A stretch of 64,000 nt of DNA from Pseudomonadota bacterium (lineage in GTDB: Bacteria > Bdellovibrionota_F > JAHFAK01 > JBDREC01): assembly GCA_043820105.1 (NCBI GenBank), contig JBDREC010000065.1:1-64000 (forward strand). Direction: 5' to 3'. Under the pieces are notes generated by a model. That model had not been told where the DNA came from. It made no database searches and saw only the letters and a program-made list of their open reading frames with translations. Both the position numbers and the translations under genes were made by a program. Positions 51,023 to 62,438 of the stretch are shown piece after piece; position 1 is the stretch's first letter; each line of letters begins with the position of its first letter.

Positions 51023-52116
51023 CATTAAAAAAGACTAATACCTTTAGAATAGATCCCTTGTTTCCTGTTTTTGATCTTCCAATAGCCTTTGACCTTGAGC
51101 TTTCAAAAAATAAAATATTGGCTGTACACCCAGAAACTGGATTTACTTCTAAAGGATACCAAAAACTTTTTTCCCAATTAGAATATTTATCAATTCCACA
51201 TCTTTTATCCAGGCTTGACCCACAAGATCCGATTGGAATCACCTTGCCATTTATACTTTTAATTGAAGATGTCTTGAACATTGAAATAAATGAAAGAACA
51301 AATTATTTAAGGCTCATCGCAGCCGAATTTTCAAGAATTAAAAATCACCTAAGTAACCTGCTAACTATTCTTAAAGCTCTTGAATTTACTTCAGCTCTAA
51401 AATACTTCACACTCTTATATAAACAATTTACTGAAGCTTTTGTTCATATTTATGGAGAAAAGCATGCTGCCAGATATTTGAAAATTGGAGGTTGTTCATA
51501 TAACTTTACAGAAAATGATCTAGCGTATATTGAAAATTTTATAACATCATTTCAAGATAAGCTTATTGCTAAAGAAAAATATATTTTTGATAATTTAATA
51601 ATTAAAAACAAGTTAAGTGAGCTTGGCATTATTACAAAAAAATTATGTAAAGATTTTAATATAACTGGTCCCCTGTCTAAGGCATCAGGAATATCGAGCG
51701 ATTTAAGACAGTCTAAAAACTATCTTATATATGACAAACTAGATTTTACTGTATTTACCAAATTTGGGGAAGACGCGTATTCCAGGTTCTTAATAAGATA
51801 TCTCGAAATGCTAGAAGCATGCAAAATTATTATTAAAGCTACACGTCAAATAAGCTTAGGCCTACACTTTACTGATTTCAAAGATGATATAATTTTACCA
51901 AAAGGTATTTTTTCATATAAATTTGAATCTGCAAAAGGAACTTGTGAAATTGAACTTCATTCTGCGAAAAACAAATTCCCAAAACTAATTAATATAAAAA
52001 CAAATTCAGATTTTGCTCTTTCTTTGCTAGCAACAATTTCTATTGGTTTGGATATTGATGAGTTTTTATTAAATTATATCAGCCTCGATATCTGTCCACT
52101 ATCAATAGACAAATAA
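51019..52116 (+). CDS. Divergent NuoD-like (complex I 49 kDa) protein
   Basis: R..YLR.I.AE.SRI..HL, TGP..KASG...DLR, D.YSR...R..EM and ES.KG motifs. Confidence 0.8.
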   Translation: MTLKKTNTFRIDPLFPVFDLPIAFDLELSKNKILAVHPETGFTSKGYQKLFSQLEYLSIPHLLSRLDPQDPIGITLPFILLIEDVLNIEINERTNYLRLIAAEFSRIKNHLSNLLTILKALEFTSALKYFTLLYKQFTEAFVHIYGEKHAARYLKIGGCSYNFTENDLAYIENFITSFQDKLIAKEKYIFDNLIIKNKLSELGIITKKLCKDFNITGPLSKASGISSDLRQSKNYLIYDKLDFTVFTKFGEDAYSRFLIRYLEMLEACKIIIKATRQISLGLHFTDFKDDIILPKGIFSYKFESAKGTCEIELHSAKNKFPKLINIKTNSDFALSLLATISIGLDIDEFLLNYISLDICPLSIDK

Positions 52117-52190
52117 TTAATTTTAATTTTCCTGGTCACCAGGGCGCCAATCATTCTGGAGAACAAGAGCGCAAGAAAACAAGGCACTCC

Positions 52191-53246
52191 TTATTCGAAT
52201 AAATCAGGAATTGATTGAGTTTCTTTTTGGACATTTTTGGTTTTTTCTTCTGCTTCTTCTGCTTTTAATTCACTTTGACTTTCATCGCTTTTCCAGGGCT
52301 TTGCATAAAAACTTCTTTCAAACATCCTTAAAAATTCAGTCCATTCTTTTTGGTCGACCTTGTCATAAATTTCTTCTTTTAAGCGCACAAGTTTTGCACA
52401 AAAATCATCAGCATAACTTAGCGCAAAGCCTTCAATGGTCATGGGAAGTTTTGGTGAACCAAATTCATATTTGCCATGATGGCTTAAAATAAGGTGTTTA
52501 ACTTGCATGGCAAGTTCTTTTGGAAAAGCTGGTATTTTTGCAATTTTATCATTAATCATTTCAATTGCTATGATTAAATGTCCAATAAGTTTTCCTTCTG
52601 TACTGTAATTAAAGGAATGACAATATTCGAGCTCATCGACCTTTCCACTATCATGCAAAAAAGCGCCTGTTAATAATAAATCTCTATTAATAAAAGAAAA
52701 CTTATCAACAATTACATCACAAAAATCAACGAGTTCCCATGTGTGTTGAGCTAAGCCACCAAGATAGGCATGATGCATAGATGAAGCAGCTGGAGCCACA
52801 CTAAATTTCTTGTAAAATTCTGCATCACCAATAAAAGACATAACAAGTTGTCTTAAATGTTCATTTTCAAAAGCCTGCAGACGCTTGCTTAATTTGAGCA
52901 TTATCATTTCAATATTTTCTTTTGACCTTGGTAAAAAATTAGTTGGGTCAACTGAATCTGGGTCAAGACGAGTTATTCTTTTTGCAATTAATTGAAGTTT
53001 ATCATTAAAAGATTGAACTTTTCCTTCAATTCGAATCACATCATTTTCTAAAAAGAGCTCAAAAAGCATTTCAGCGTTATCCCAAACTTTAACATCAACC
53101 GATCCTGTCCTATCTGTAACATTAACGCTTAAATAGGCTTTGCCATTTTTGGCGGTATAAAGATTTTTCCTTTTAACTAAAAATTCTGAATCTATTGTTT
53201 GATCGATTTGAAAATCTTCTACTAATACATTTTTTTGATTAGACAT
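52191..53246 (-). CDS. yhaM: 3'-5' exoribonuclease YhaM family (OB + HD)
   Basis: DRTG...KVW OB fold; PAA..MHHAY.GGL..H, LHDSGK and SHHG..EFGSP motifs. Start refined to 53246. Confidence 0.9.
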   Translation of the reverse strand: MSNQKNVLVEDFQIDQTIDSEFLVKRKNLYTAKNGKAYLSVNVTDRTGSVDVKVWDNAEMLFELFLENDVIRIEGKVQSFNDKLQLIAKRITRLDPDSVDPTNFLPRSKENIEMIMLKLSKRLQAFENEHLRQLVMSFIGDAEFYKKFSVAPAASSMHHAYLGGLAQHTWELVDFCDVIVDKFSFINRDLLLTGAFLHDSGKVDELEYCHSFNYSTEGKLIGHLIIAIEMINDKIAKIPAFPKELAMQVKHLILSHHGKYEFGSPKLPMTIEGFALSYADDFCAKLVRLKEEIYDKVDQKEWTEFLRMFERSFYAKPWKSDESQSELKAEEAEEKTKNVQKETQSIPDLFE

Positions 53247-53256
53247 TGTAAGGTCC

Positions 53257-55536
53257 TTATAATTTAAAATATTTGCAAAGAATATCTTCAGGAACAACAG
53301 GAATTTCATCAATTGGTTTATCAATAGCATGACTAACAGCGTTTGCTATAGCGCTAGCTACAGGAATAAATGATGGCTCACCTATTCCCTTGGCTCCATA
53401 TGGCCCAAACTTATCCTTTGTCTCATAAAGTTTAATTTTAATATTTGGCATATCAAGTGAAACTGGAATTAAATAATCAGTGAATGATGGATTAACAATT
53501 CTGCCTTCTTTCATTATTATCTTTTCCATTAGGCCATATCCAACACCATGAGAAATGCCGCCTTCAATTTGACCTTCAACCAAAGTTGGATTAATTGCCT
53601 TTCCAATATCATGAAGAGCATAAATGTTATTAACAGTAACTTTTCCTGTTATTTTTGAAACTTCAACATCAGCAACTAGCAAAGCAAAAGCAAATGAATT
53701 ATAAGCTTCGCCAAGTCCTGTTTCCTTATCAAATTTTTTAAGTGGGGGGAAATACCAGCCATCAGCGAATAAATTCACCCTATCCAAAAAACACTGGTTA
53801 ACAACATCTAAATAAGATAAAATCTTTTTACCTTTAAAAATTATATTACCTTCAATTAAATCAAGCTCCTTTTCTTTTTTACCAGACATTTTAGAAGCAA
53901 CATTTAGAAGTTTCTTTTTAATTTTATTTCCAGCAATCATAAGTGGCTGACCAGACATAATGGTTCCACGAGAAGCAACGGTAGGACCTGAATCAGAAAC
54001 AAGATCTGTTGAAACTGGATGCAGCCTGACCACATCATAAGGAACACCAATAGCCTCTGCTGCCATTTGCTCAGAAACTGTAGTTAATCCTTGGCCCATT
54101 TCAGTAAGACCAACAGAAATATTGACTGAACCATCATAGTCCATCTTAACAGAAGCACCAGATCTATCTAATATTTGACCACCAAAAGCCAGGTTATTAC
54201 CATACATTGCTGAGGCTACACCAATTCCTTTTAATACAGAATTGTTATTTTTATTTAGCTCTTTATAAGCCTCATGTTTTTTCTTAAAGCCAGATAACTT
54301 ATCAGCATCAGCACACATTTCCTTGCATGGAATATTTCCATTAACTTTTTGATTAGTGCAGGTAGTTGATCCACTTTTTATTGAATTAATCTCTCGAAAC
54401 TTTAAGGGATCTATTTCTAAAGCTTTGGCCATTTCATCCATCTGTCTTTCACATGCAAAAGTTACCTGTGGAGCACCAAATCCTCGATATGGACCTGTGA
54501 ACAAATTATTGGTATAAACTGTATATGTATCAACATGCACATTAGGAACAACATAAGGACCAATAGCTGAAACATTTGCTCTTTCAGAAACAACTACACT
54601 CATGCCAACATAGGCTCCAGCATCAGCGATTATCTTAACCCGAGCGCCAGTTATTTTTCCATTTTTTTTAGCAGCGAGTTCATGATAAACAACATAAGGA
54701 TGTCTCTTTGTGGACCACTGAAAATCATCTTCCCTATCTAAAACAATTTTAACAGGTCTTTTTAAAAGCATAGAAGCCATGGCAGCAGCTGCAGCTACCT
54801 CAGACGGATAATCTTCTTTTCCACCAAAGGCACCGCCAGTTACTGATTGAGTAACCTTGATTTCATTCATTGGAATACCAAGAACAAGGCTCACTTGTTT
54901 ACGAATGTAAAACGGACATTGGCAAGAAGCAAAGATCTCTATCCTATTGTTAACAAAACTTGCAACAACACCCTGTGTTTCAAGATAACTATGCTCCTGA
55001 TATGGAGTTTTATATTTGTTTTTTATAATAAGATCCGCATCATCAAAGCACTTATCAACATTACCTTTGCGAACCTTCATGTGATTTATCAGGTTTCCAG
55101 AGGAATGTATTTTTATTTTATTAGAATTTAAACTCTCTTCAGGATCAAAAAGACCAGGTAGTTTTTTGTATTTTACTTTAACTTTTTTAATTGCTTTTAA
55201 AACTGAAGCCTTGTCTTTGCCAACAACCAAGGCAATTCGATCTGAAATTTGGCGAATTCTTTTTTCAACAAATAAGGGTTGATCCTTAACAATTATCCCA
55301 GCATCATTAGCACCTGGAATATCTTTGGCAGTATAAACAGCCTCAATATTCGGATCTTTTAAAGCTTCACTTATATCAAGGTCTAAAATATCAGCGTGGG
55401 CATATTCACTTGTTACAAAATATGCAAATAGCATGTTATCAAGTTTAATATCATCAATAAACTGTGCCTGTCCTGTAACCTTTGCTAAGGCTTCTTTTCT
55501 GACAACAGATTTTCCAACGGAAAATAATTTTTTCAT
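53257..55536 (-). CDS. Xanthine dehydrogenase-family molybdopterin-binding subunit
   Basis: KVTG.A.F.DD, GGAFGGK, YRGFG.PQ, EMGQG and AKGIGE motifs. Confidence 0.95.
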   Translation of the reverse strand: MKKLFSVGKSVVRKEALAKVTGQAQFIDDIKLDNMLFAYFVTSEYAHADILDLDISEALKDPNIEAVYTAKDIPGANDAGIIVKDQPLFVEKRIRQISDRIALVVGKDKASVLKAIKKVKVKYKKLPGLFDPEESLNSNKIKIHSSGNLINHMKVRKGNVDKCFDDADLIIKNKYKTPYQEHSYLETQGVVASFVNNRIEIFASCQCPFYIRKQVSLVLGIPMNEIKVTQSVTGGAFGGKEDYPSEVAAAAAMASMLLKRPVKIVLDREDDFQWSTKRHPYVVYHELAAKKNGKITGARVKIIADAGAYVGMSVVVSERANVSAIGPYVVPNVHVDTYTVYTNNLFTGPYRGFGAPQVTFACERQMDEMAKALEIDPLKFREINSIKSGSTTCTNQKVNGNIPCKEMCADADKLSGFKKKHEAYKELNKNNNSVLKGIGVASAMYGNNLAFGGQILDRSGASVKMDYDGSVNISVGLTEMGQGLTTVSEQMAAEAIGVPYDVVRLHPVSTDLVSDSGPTVASRGTIMSGQPLMIAGNKIKKKLLNVASKMSGKKEKELDLIEGNIIFKGKKILSYLDVVNQCFLDRVNLFADGWYFPPLKKFDKETGLGEAYNSFAFALLVADVEVSKITGKVTVNNIYALHDIGKAINPTLVEGQIEGGISHGVGYGLMEKIIMKEGRIVNPSFTDYLIPVSLDMPNIKIKLYETKDKFGPYGAKGIGEPSFIPVASAIANAVSHAIDKPIDEIPVVPEDILCKYFKL

Positions 55537-55589
55537 CTAAACTCCAAATTTAAACTGCTTTATTTCATCTCAATACCAGCAACCAGCAT

Positions 55590-56060
55590 CTATATAAGCT
55601 TCTTGGCACTTTTATCAATTGCTTTAACAATTTTTTTATAGCCAGTACATCTGCATAAATTTCCAGAAATAGCTTCTTCAATCTCAGAAATAGTTGGTTT
55701 TTTATTTTGAATAAGCAAGGCCTTGGCTGTTAGAATCATCCCAGGAATACAAAAACCACATTGAACAGCACCCTCTTCTAAAAATGTTGATTGAATTACA
55801 TCAAGTTCATCTTTAGCTATTCCTTCAATTGTAATAATTTCTTTTGATTGTGATGTAGCTGTTAGCATTAAACAAGAATTAACAGCTAAGGAATCTGCAA
55901 TAACAACACAAGCTCCACATTCACCAACTCCACACCCTTCTTTGGTTCCGGTAAGATGCAAACGATTTCTTAAGGTATCAATCAATCTTTCCTGGGGAGT
56001 AACTTCAATTTCATATTTAGTATTATTAATGTTAAGAGTAACTTTAACTAGATCTGGCAT
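55590..56060 (-). CDS. Xanthine dehydrogenase-family 2Fe-2S subunit
   Basis: GCGVGECGAC, QCGFC and NLCRCTGY motifs. Confidence 0.95.
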   Translation of the reverse strand: MPDLVKVTLNINNTKYEIEVTPQERLIDTLRNRLHLTGTKEGCGVGECGACVVIADSLAVNSCLMLTATSQSKEIITIEGIAKDELDVIQSTFLEEGAVQCGFCIPGMILTAKALLIQNKKPTISEIEEAISGNLCRCTGYKKIVKAIDKSAKKLI

Positions 56061-56908
56061 AAAATACCTTCCATGAAATGTCTAAAATAATTATTAACAA
56101 GTTTAGTCTTATAAACAGCTGAACCTCGAACATCATTAATTGGAAAAACAGACTTTAACAATAAGGCCTCTGCTCCACTAATAAGTTCCTTGCTTATTTC
56201 TGATCCCTTTAAATACTTTTCAAGTTCAAAAAGCCTTAGAGGTGTCTTGTATACACAACCAGCTGAAAGCCTTGCTTTGCAAATTTTACCTTTTTTAATA
56301 GAAATTAAAAAGCAAGCATTTGCTACAGCAATAATTTGAGACACGCGAGCTGCGCTTTTATAAAATTGATAAAAGTTAGTTATGCCTTCTTCTTCTTTTA
56401 AAATTGGAAGTTCAAATTCTTCAATAAACTCATCTTGTTTAAGAATGGTCACCTTTGGCCCAGTAAAAATATTTTCCACGTTTTCAAGCCTTGAATCAAA
56501 TGGACCACTGATTTTAGCTTTGGCTTCATATGTTATTAAAGGTAAAATTAAGTCAGCAGCAGGAGAAGCGTTTGCTACATTTCCACCAATTGTTGCTAAA
56601 TTCTGAATAGGAGGAGATCCCAAACTCAAACAAGCATCAACTAATAAAGGAAACTTTTCAATTATCAGCTCAGATTTAGCAAGAGATGAAACAAGGCAGG
56701 TACTTCCAATAACTACTTTAGATTTTTTTTCAGAGATATAATCAAGCTTAAGATTTTCAAGAGAAATCAAGTAGTCAGGATCTAAAAACCCACTCCTAAT
56801 CCCAATCATCAAATCAGTACCACCAGCGATGATTTTTGAATTTACCGAATAATTACTAAGACTTTTAATAAGGTCTTTTTTGTTTTTTGGTATTATTATA
56901 TTTTTCAT
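56048..56908 (-). CDS. Xanthine dehydrogenase-family FAD-binding subunit
   Basis: AGGTDL, ATIGGNVANASPAAD and PINDVRGS motifs. Start refined to 56908. Confidence 0.93.
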   Translation of the reverse strand: MKNIIIPKNKKDLIKSLSNYSVNSKIIAGGTDLMIGIRSGFLDPDYLISLENLKLDYISEKKSKVVIGSTCLVSSLAKSELIIEKFPLLVDACLSLGSPPIQNLATIGGNVANASPAADLILPLITYEAKAKISGPFDSRLENVENIFTGPKVTILKQDEFIEEFELPILKEEEGITNFYQFYKSAARVSQIIAVANACFLISIKKGKICKARLSAGCVYKTPLRLFELEKYLKGSEISKELISGAEALLLKSVFPINDVRGSAVYKTKLVNNYFRHFMEGILCQI

Positions 56909-57138
56909 AGTAAAAAAGGTTAAAACAATATTTATTTCTAAAATCAAGGATTTTGTTAATAATTTACTACCAACAATTAAAATAATCCCCCTTGTTCTCT
57001 TGTTCAAATTCCCGCTTGACTCCCCTTTTTTCCTTTGGTAATAAGCCAAATCGCTTTTAATTATGCAGGGCATAATTGAAATATAATTGGCAAGTTATTT
57101 TTTATTTTTAATTACTTATGTAAAGGACGGTGATCTAA

Positions 57139-57345
57139 TTGCCAGGAATTAAAATTAGAGAAGGCGAACACTTTGAAACTGCTATTAACAGATTCAAAAA
57201 ACAGTGTGAAAAAGCAGGAGTTATCTCCGAAGTTAGACGAAGAGGGCACTATGAAAAGCCCTGTATTAAGAGAAAAAGAAAATCCTTGGCAGCAAGGAAG
57301 AGGATTGTAAAAGCATTTGTAAGAGCAACTAGAGCAAGTAGATGA
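57139..57345 (+). CDS. rpsU: 30S ribosomal protein S21
   Basis: [10 protein letters not shown] and HYEKP motifs; TTG start with RBS. Confidence 0.97.
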   Translation: MPGIKIREGEHFETAINRFKKQCEKAGVISEVRRRGHYEKPCIKRKRKSLAARKRIVKAFVRATRASR

Positions 57346-57346
57346 T

Positions 57347-59092
57347 TTGGCATCAATAATATCTAAAGAATCAATAAACGAAATCTTGTCGAGAGCCGAC
57401 ATTATTGACATCATGTCTTCCCATGTTACTTTAAAAAGAAGCGGGAAGCAATGGATGGGTTTGTGTCCTTTTCACGAAGAAGATACCCCTTCATTTTCAG
57501 TTAATAACGAAAAAAACGTTTATTATTGCTTTGGATGTGCTGCCTCTGGCAATGTTTTTACCTTTTTACAAAAAGTAGAAGGCCTAACATTTGCAGAAGC
57601 AGTTGAGCAAATAGCATCTAGATACACTATTCCTCTTAAGTATGAGCAGGGTTCAACGAAAAGTGATTTTTCTAAAAAAGAAAAATATTATAAAATCAAT
57701 GAACTCTGCCTATCTCTTTTTAGAAAAAATCTGTTTTCTGAAAGAGGCAAAAAATGCCTGGATTATCTACACAAACGAAATCTGAATATTGATAAAATCA
57801 ATGATTTCAAGCTTGGATTTGCCCCTTATAGGAGTGAAGAATTCTTCAAAGCCTTTAATCAAAATCATGTAGATGTAAAAGATGCAATTGACCTGGGAAT
57901 CTTATCAAGCAGCAAAAATATTAGATTCGCTGGACGTTTAATATTCCCCATTTTTGACAATAATAATAATTTATGCGGCTTTGGTTCACGCTCCCTGGGC
58001 GAAGAAATGCCAAAGTACATTAACTCAAGTGAATCTGATGTATATAAAAAGAGCTACCTTGCCTATGGTTTAAATTGGTCCAAAGAAAGTATTAGACAAA
58101 ATGATCTTTGCATTGTTGTTGAAGGTTATTTTGATTTTATTACATTATTTGCAGCGGGCATTACAAATGTTGTTGCTTGCTCTGGAACAAGTCTCACTAT
58201 TGGTCAACTAAGGCTCATTAAAAGATTTACAAATAATGTAGTCTTTTTATTTGATTCAGATAATGCAGGACAAAAGGCTAGCCTTAGAGCCCTGCCACTT
58301 TGTTTTGAGGCAGGAATGAATTCCTATGTATGCAATCTTCCCACAGGATCTGATCCAGACGATTTTATTAGTCAATTTGGAACCCAAAAACTAAATGAAA
58401 GCATAAATAACAAGCAATACCTGCTTGAATATTTCATCAATACTAAATTAAAAGATGATAAATCTCCTAATTTTGTGGCAAATCTTGCAAAAGAACTAGC
58501 AGAAATAATTAGAAAATTAGACAACCCTGTTGAGCAAGAACTTGTTTCAAAACAGGTGAGTAAATATTTGCACATATCAAAAGAATCAATGTTGGAATTA
58601 GTAAGAAACAATTTCCATCAAACCATAAAAAATACTAATATACAACCCATGCCACTACCCAAAACCTTTCCAGCAGATGAAACTTTAATACTTAAGTTAT
58701 TATTTTCAGATAATAATTTTATTGATAAAATAAAAAATACAAATATTCTTGATAAGTTTTCTACAGAAGTCTACAAAAAGCTTGCATTTAAATATATAGA
58801 TGTTTTTAATACTGAACAAATTGAATTAAGTGCATCCTATTTTTTAGAATATTGTGAAAATCCTGGTGAAAAAGAAATTTTTGCAAAAATAATAACGGAT
58901 TTAGGAAATATTGAGTCAGCGGACAAAGATAAAATTCTTTCTGACTGTATTTTAAAATTAAACAAGAAATCTATTGATTTTAATTGCAGAAAGATTTCTG
59001 GCCAAATAAAGGAAGCTGAATTAAATAAAGACTTTGGAAAAGTTAAAGAATTATTAATTTTGAAAAATAAATTAGCAAAGGAAAATACCTGA
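57347..59092 (+). CDS. dnaG: DNA primase
   Basis: CPFH..C..C zinc finger, KYINS, VEGYFD and FDSD.AG motifs. Confidence 0.97.
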   Translation: MASIISKESINEILSRADIIDIMSSHVTLKRSGKQWMGLCPFHEEDTPSFSVNNEKNVYYCFGCAASGNVFTFLQKVEGLTFAEAVEQIASRYTIPLKYEQGSTKSDFSKKEKYYKINELCLSLFRKNLFSERGKKCLDYLHKRNLNIDKINDFKLGFAPYRSEEFFKAFNQNHVDVKDAIDLGILSSSKNIRFAGRLIFPIFDNNNNLCGFGSRSLGEEMPKYINSSESDVYKKSYLAYGLNWSKESIRQNDLCIVVEGYFDFITLFAAGITNVVACSGTSLTIGQLRLIKRFTNNVVFLFDSDNAGQKASLRALPLCFEAGMNSYVCNLPTGSDPDDFISQFGTQKLNESINNKQYLLEYFINTKLKDDKSPNFVANLAKELAEIIRKLDNPVEQELVSKQVSKYLHISKESMLELVRNNFHQTIKNTNIQPMPLPKTFPADETLILKLLFSDNNFIDKIKNTNILDKFSTEVYKKLAFKYIDVFNTEQIELSASYFLEYCENPGEKEIFAKIITDLGNIESADKDKILSDCILKLNKKSIDFNCRKISGQIKEAELNKDFGKVKELLILKNKLAKENT

Positions 59093-60864
59093 TGCCCAAG
59101 AAGATTAGTACTCAAAAACTAAAATCTATTAAAAAGCTCATTACTTTGGGAAGGCAAAAAGGATTTCTAACTTTCGAAGAAATAGATGAAATTCTTCCAC
59201 AGGACGTATCAAACCCCGAAGAAATCGATGAGATAATGATCGCCTTTGCAAGTCTAAACATTGACCTTATTGATCAATCCCAGGAAGATGATGTCATTGG
59301 CAAAGATATTCTTGATGAAATTACTTCCGATTCTGATGACGACGATGAAGAGGAAGCTGAAGCTACTCCAGTAGGCAGATCAAATGATCCTGTTAGAATG
59401 TATTTAAGAAAAATGGGATCTGTTTCACTTCTCACAAGAGAAGGTGAAGTCGAAATTGCAAAAAGAATTGAACGTGGCGAAAATGAAGTTTTAGATATCC
59501 TATTAAAATCAAATATTGGAATAAATGAGATTGTTAAGATTTCTGATTTGCTAGGCAGAGATGTTATCAGAGTTAAGGATGTTGTAAGAGGCATTGATGA
59601 AGAAGATATTGATTACGATCAAGAAGCATTAAGAGAAAAAATAATTACTTCTGTTGATGAAATCGCGAAAATCAATATTCATAATCAAAAACATCTTGAA
59701 AAACTCAGAGACCCAAAAACATCTATTACTCATGCTAAAAATCATAAACTTAAAGTTGATGAAAACCAGAAGCAAATGTTTAGCATATTGAAAGACCTCA
59801 ACTTAAACAGAAAACAAATTTCCAATATTTCTGAAAAATTCAAAGAATTAATAAGTGAAATAGAATCTTTTGATTTCAAAATAAGGTCTTGCATAAAACA
59901 ATCTGGATGTGAATCGTACAAAGACCTCAAAGAAGTTGTAAAGGAAGCAGTTAAAGACAAGGCTTATGCAAAAAAGATTGAAAAGAAACTTCAACTTCCT
60001 ATTCAGAAATTAAAAGAACTTTCAAAAATCGTTTCATCTTCAAAAAAGGATATCAAAGAACTTGAGAAGATGTCAGACCAATCTTTTGCTGAACTAAAAG
60101 ACACTTATATTAGGATAAAAAATGGCGAGCTAATGACAGAAAAAGCTAAATCTGAGCTCGTTGAAGCTAACCTAAGGTTAGTTGTTAGTATTGCTAAAAA
60201 GTATACAAACCGTGGTCTTCAGTTTCTTGACTTAATCCAAGAAGGTAATATTGGTCTTATGAAGGCTGTTGATAAATTTGAATATAAGAGAGGTTATAAG
60301 TTTTCAACATATGCAACCTGGTGGATTAGGCAGGCTATTACAAGGGCTATTGCTGACCAGGCAAGGACTATTCGTATTCCTGTTCATATGATTGAAACTA
60401 TAAATAAACTCATTAGAACCTCAAGACAACTTGTGCAGGAAATTGGAAGAGAACCAACACCAGAAGAAATCAGCGATAGAATGGAACTTCCAGTTGATAA
60501 AGTTAGAAAAGTATTAAAAATTGCAAAAGAACCAATTTCTCTTGAAACACCCATTGGTGAAGAAGAAGATAGTCATCTTGGAGATTTTATTGAAGATAAA
60601 CAAATATTATCACCATCTGATGCGATTATTAATACTAATCTATCTGAGCAAACAAGAAAAGTTTTATCAACATTAACTCCTAGAGAAGAAAAAGTTCTAA
60701 GAATGAGGTTTGGCATTGGTGAAAAATCTGACCATACACTTGAAGAAGTTGGTCAGGACTTTGAAGTTACAAGAGAAAGAATTAGACAGATTGAGGCTAA
60801 AGCTCTTAGAAAACTTAGACATCCATCCAGGAGCAAGAAGCTTAAAAGTTTTGTGGAGAATTAG
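59092..60864 (+). CDS. rpoD: RNA polymerase primary sigma factor RpoD
   Basis: Region 1.1, [30 protein letters not shown] and TRERIRQIE motifs. Confidence 0.98.
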   Translation: MPKKISTQKLKSIKKLITLGRQKGFLTFEEIDEILPQDVSNPEEIDEIMIAFASLNIDLIDQSQEDDVIGKDILDEITSDSDDDDEEEAEATPVGRSNDPVRMYLRKMGSVSLLTREGEVEIAKRIERGENEVLDILLKSNIGINEIVKISDLLGRDVIRVKDVVRGIDEEDIDYDQEALREKIITSVDEIAKINIHNQKHLEKLRDPKTSITHAKNHKLKVDENQKQMFSILKDLNLNRKQISNISEKFKELISEIESFDFKIRSCIKQSGCESYKDLKEVVKEAVKDKAYAKKIEKKLQLPIQKLKELSKIVSSSKKDIKELEKMSDQSFAELKDTYIRIKNGELMTEKAKSELVEANLRLVVSIAKKYTNRGLQFLDLIQEGNIGLMKAVDKFEYKRGYKFSTYATWWIRQAITRAIADQARTIRIPVHMIETINKLIRTSRQLVQEIGREPTPEEISDRMELPVDKVRKVLKIAKEPISLETPIGEEEDSHLGDFIEDKQILSPSDAIINTNLSEQTRKVLSTLTPREEKVLRMRFGIGEKSDHTLEEVGQDFEVTRERIRQIEAKALRKLRHPSRSKKLKSFVEN

Positions 60865-60991
60865 CTTGTAGCTTGTAGATCTTGGAAAATAAAATAATAT
60901 TTTTAAAATAAAAACTTGATTTTAAAATAAAATCAATTAGAAACAGCAAACAGAACTAGACCAAGAACTAGTCCTAACGTAGTTCTATCTA

Positions 60992-61064
60992 GGGCCCATA
61001 GCTCAGTTGGCAGAGCCATCGGCTCATAACCGATAGGTCCCCCGTTCAAATCGGGGTGGGCCCA
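60992..61064 (+). tRNA. tRNA with CAT anticodon (probably Ile2, otherwise elongator Met)
   Basis: GGGCCCATAGCTCAGTTGG...CTCATAA...GTTCAAAT cloverleaf. The 1-72 pair is intact, so it is not the initiator tRNA. Confidence 0.9.
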
Positions 61065-61175
61065 TTCATTCGCGTGCAGCGAAGTTTGCGTATTTTAGTA
61101 TAGTGTTTCTCAACTTATTCATTTTAGCTGTACGCTATACGCTGTACTATATGCGCTATTAGAAGGGACTTCGTT

Positions 61176-61886
61176 TTGTTTAATGATATAAAACTCTTAG
61201 AAAAGCTCGAAGTTTATGATCAAAATATCGTAGACCTTGAAAAAAAAATTAATGACAATTTCTCATTAAAAGAAAAACTTGAACAAGAAACATTATCCGT
61301 TTGTACTAACCTTAATCAAATCCAAGCAAATTATGACGAAAAGCTAAAAGCAAGTAAAAGTTTTGAGCAAAAAATTGCCTTTGAAGATGACAGAATCAAT
61401 CAAAGTCAGAAAAAATCAACCCTTGTTAAATCAACAAATGAATATCATAAAATACTCAAAGAAATCGCATCAAGAAAGCAAATCAAGACTGACCTGGAAG
61501 AACAGCTTCTAGAACTAATGACAGAAATAGAAAGCATAGAAAATAATTTAAATGATACAAAAGAACTTTCTGAAAAGAAAAGTTCCGAGCTTGCTTTAGT
61601 AAAAGAAAAAATAGAAGAAAACCTTGATAACTGGAAATCAAAAATAGAGGATATTAAGGTCACTAGAGATGATGTTAGAAAAAATGTTGAACCTATCATT
61701 CTAAACCAATATACATTATTAAAAAACAATTCTATAGAAATGGCTATTGTTAATGTAGTAAATGGTGTTTGTCAGGGATGCTTTATGCAGTTACCTCCAC
61801 AGCTTTTTAATCAGCTTCAAAGGCAAGATCAGTTTTATCAATGCCCTACTTGTCAGAGGATAATTTATTTCAAGAAGCCGGAATAA
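61176..61886 (+). CDS. Coiled-coil protein with C4-type zinc ribbon (DUF164/HP0958-like)
   Basis: Long coiled coil followed by CQGC..LPPQ...CPTC.RI. Confidence 0.9.
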   Translation: MFNDIKLLEKLEVYDQNIVDLEKKINDNFSLKEKLEQETLSVCTNLNQIQANYDEKLKASKSFEQKIAFEDDRINQSQKKSTLVKSTNEYHKILKEIASRKQIKTDLEEQLLELMTEIESIENNLNDTKELSEKKSSELALVKEKIEENLDNWKSKIEDIKVTRDDVRKNVEPIILNQYTLLKNNSIEMAIVNVVNGVCQGCFMQLPPQLFNQLQRQDQFYQCPTCQRIIYFKKPE

Positions 61887-62237
61887 GTCTGTTTGAGATT
61901 AGGAGTTAGAGATTATAGATTATAACAATACCATAAAAATACTATTATTAACATAAGTTTCTTCAAATTTTGCCTCTTTCTTTAAGCCTCGTTAAATACA
62001 ACTTATTCGGAACAAAGTTAAACAGATCGTTCGCTCCAGTTTTGATTTGTGACAGAATTCTTATGATAAATAGAAGTATCTTGTCCAAATCACAATCTTA
62101 CCACTTACCACTTAACAACAAAAAATGGCACCACAAATGCCATATTGACACCATGTAAATCCATTTAGGACAAAAGGCATTATCGTTTATTATCTTTTAT
62201 TTCAAGGCATTACAGGGTGTTAAATCCAAAAAATAAC

Positions 62238-62254
62238 TTGGCATAGATCTTGAT
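62238..62254 (+). promoter_or_regulatory. Putative sigma-54 promoter
   Basis: TTGGCATAGATCTTGAT has GG-N10-GA (non-canonical -12). An IHF-like ATTTCAAGGCATTA lies at 62199-62212. Confidence 0.5.
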
Positions 62255-62264
62255 ATATAAGCAA

Positions 62265-62354
62265 TATTGAAAAACGCGTGCGAGTTCATAAGAGGCACTC
62301 CCAACCCCTATGGATTTCTGCTCTTAGCAAACCTAGGAGCAGAAATCTTTTTTT
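62265..62354 (+). ncRNA. Putative small regulatory RNA
   Basis: About 90 nt between the sigma-54-like promoter and a strong terminator; C-rich single-stranded stretch; no convincing ORF. Confidence 0.5.
62313..62354 (+). terminator. Rho-independent terminator
   Basis: GATTTCTGCTC...GAGCAGAAATC stem followed by T7. Confidence 0.85.
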
Positions 62355-62438
62355 CAAGTCTTTTTTCTTTTGACTAAACCCTTAAAATATTATACATGGC
62401 GTCATGTTTTGTTTTTTATTTAAACATTGGAAATGTAA

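Noticed and set aside
62012-62060. Possible RNase P RNA (often found after the zinc-ribbon gene); AAAGTTAAACAGATCGTTCGCT resembles its 5' end
   Set aside because: No GAGGAAAGTCC or other conserved rnpB core follows.
61970-62158. 62-aa ORF
   Set aside because: TTG start without an RBS, no motif, and it overlaps repeat and regulatory sequence.
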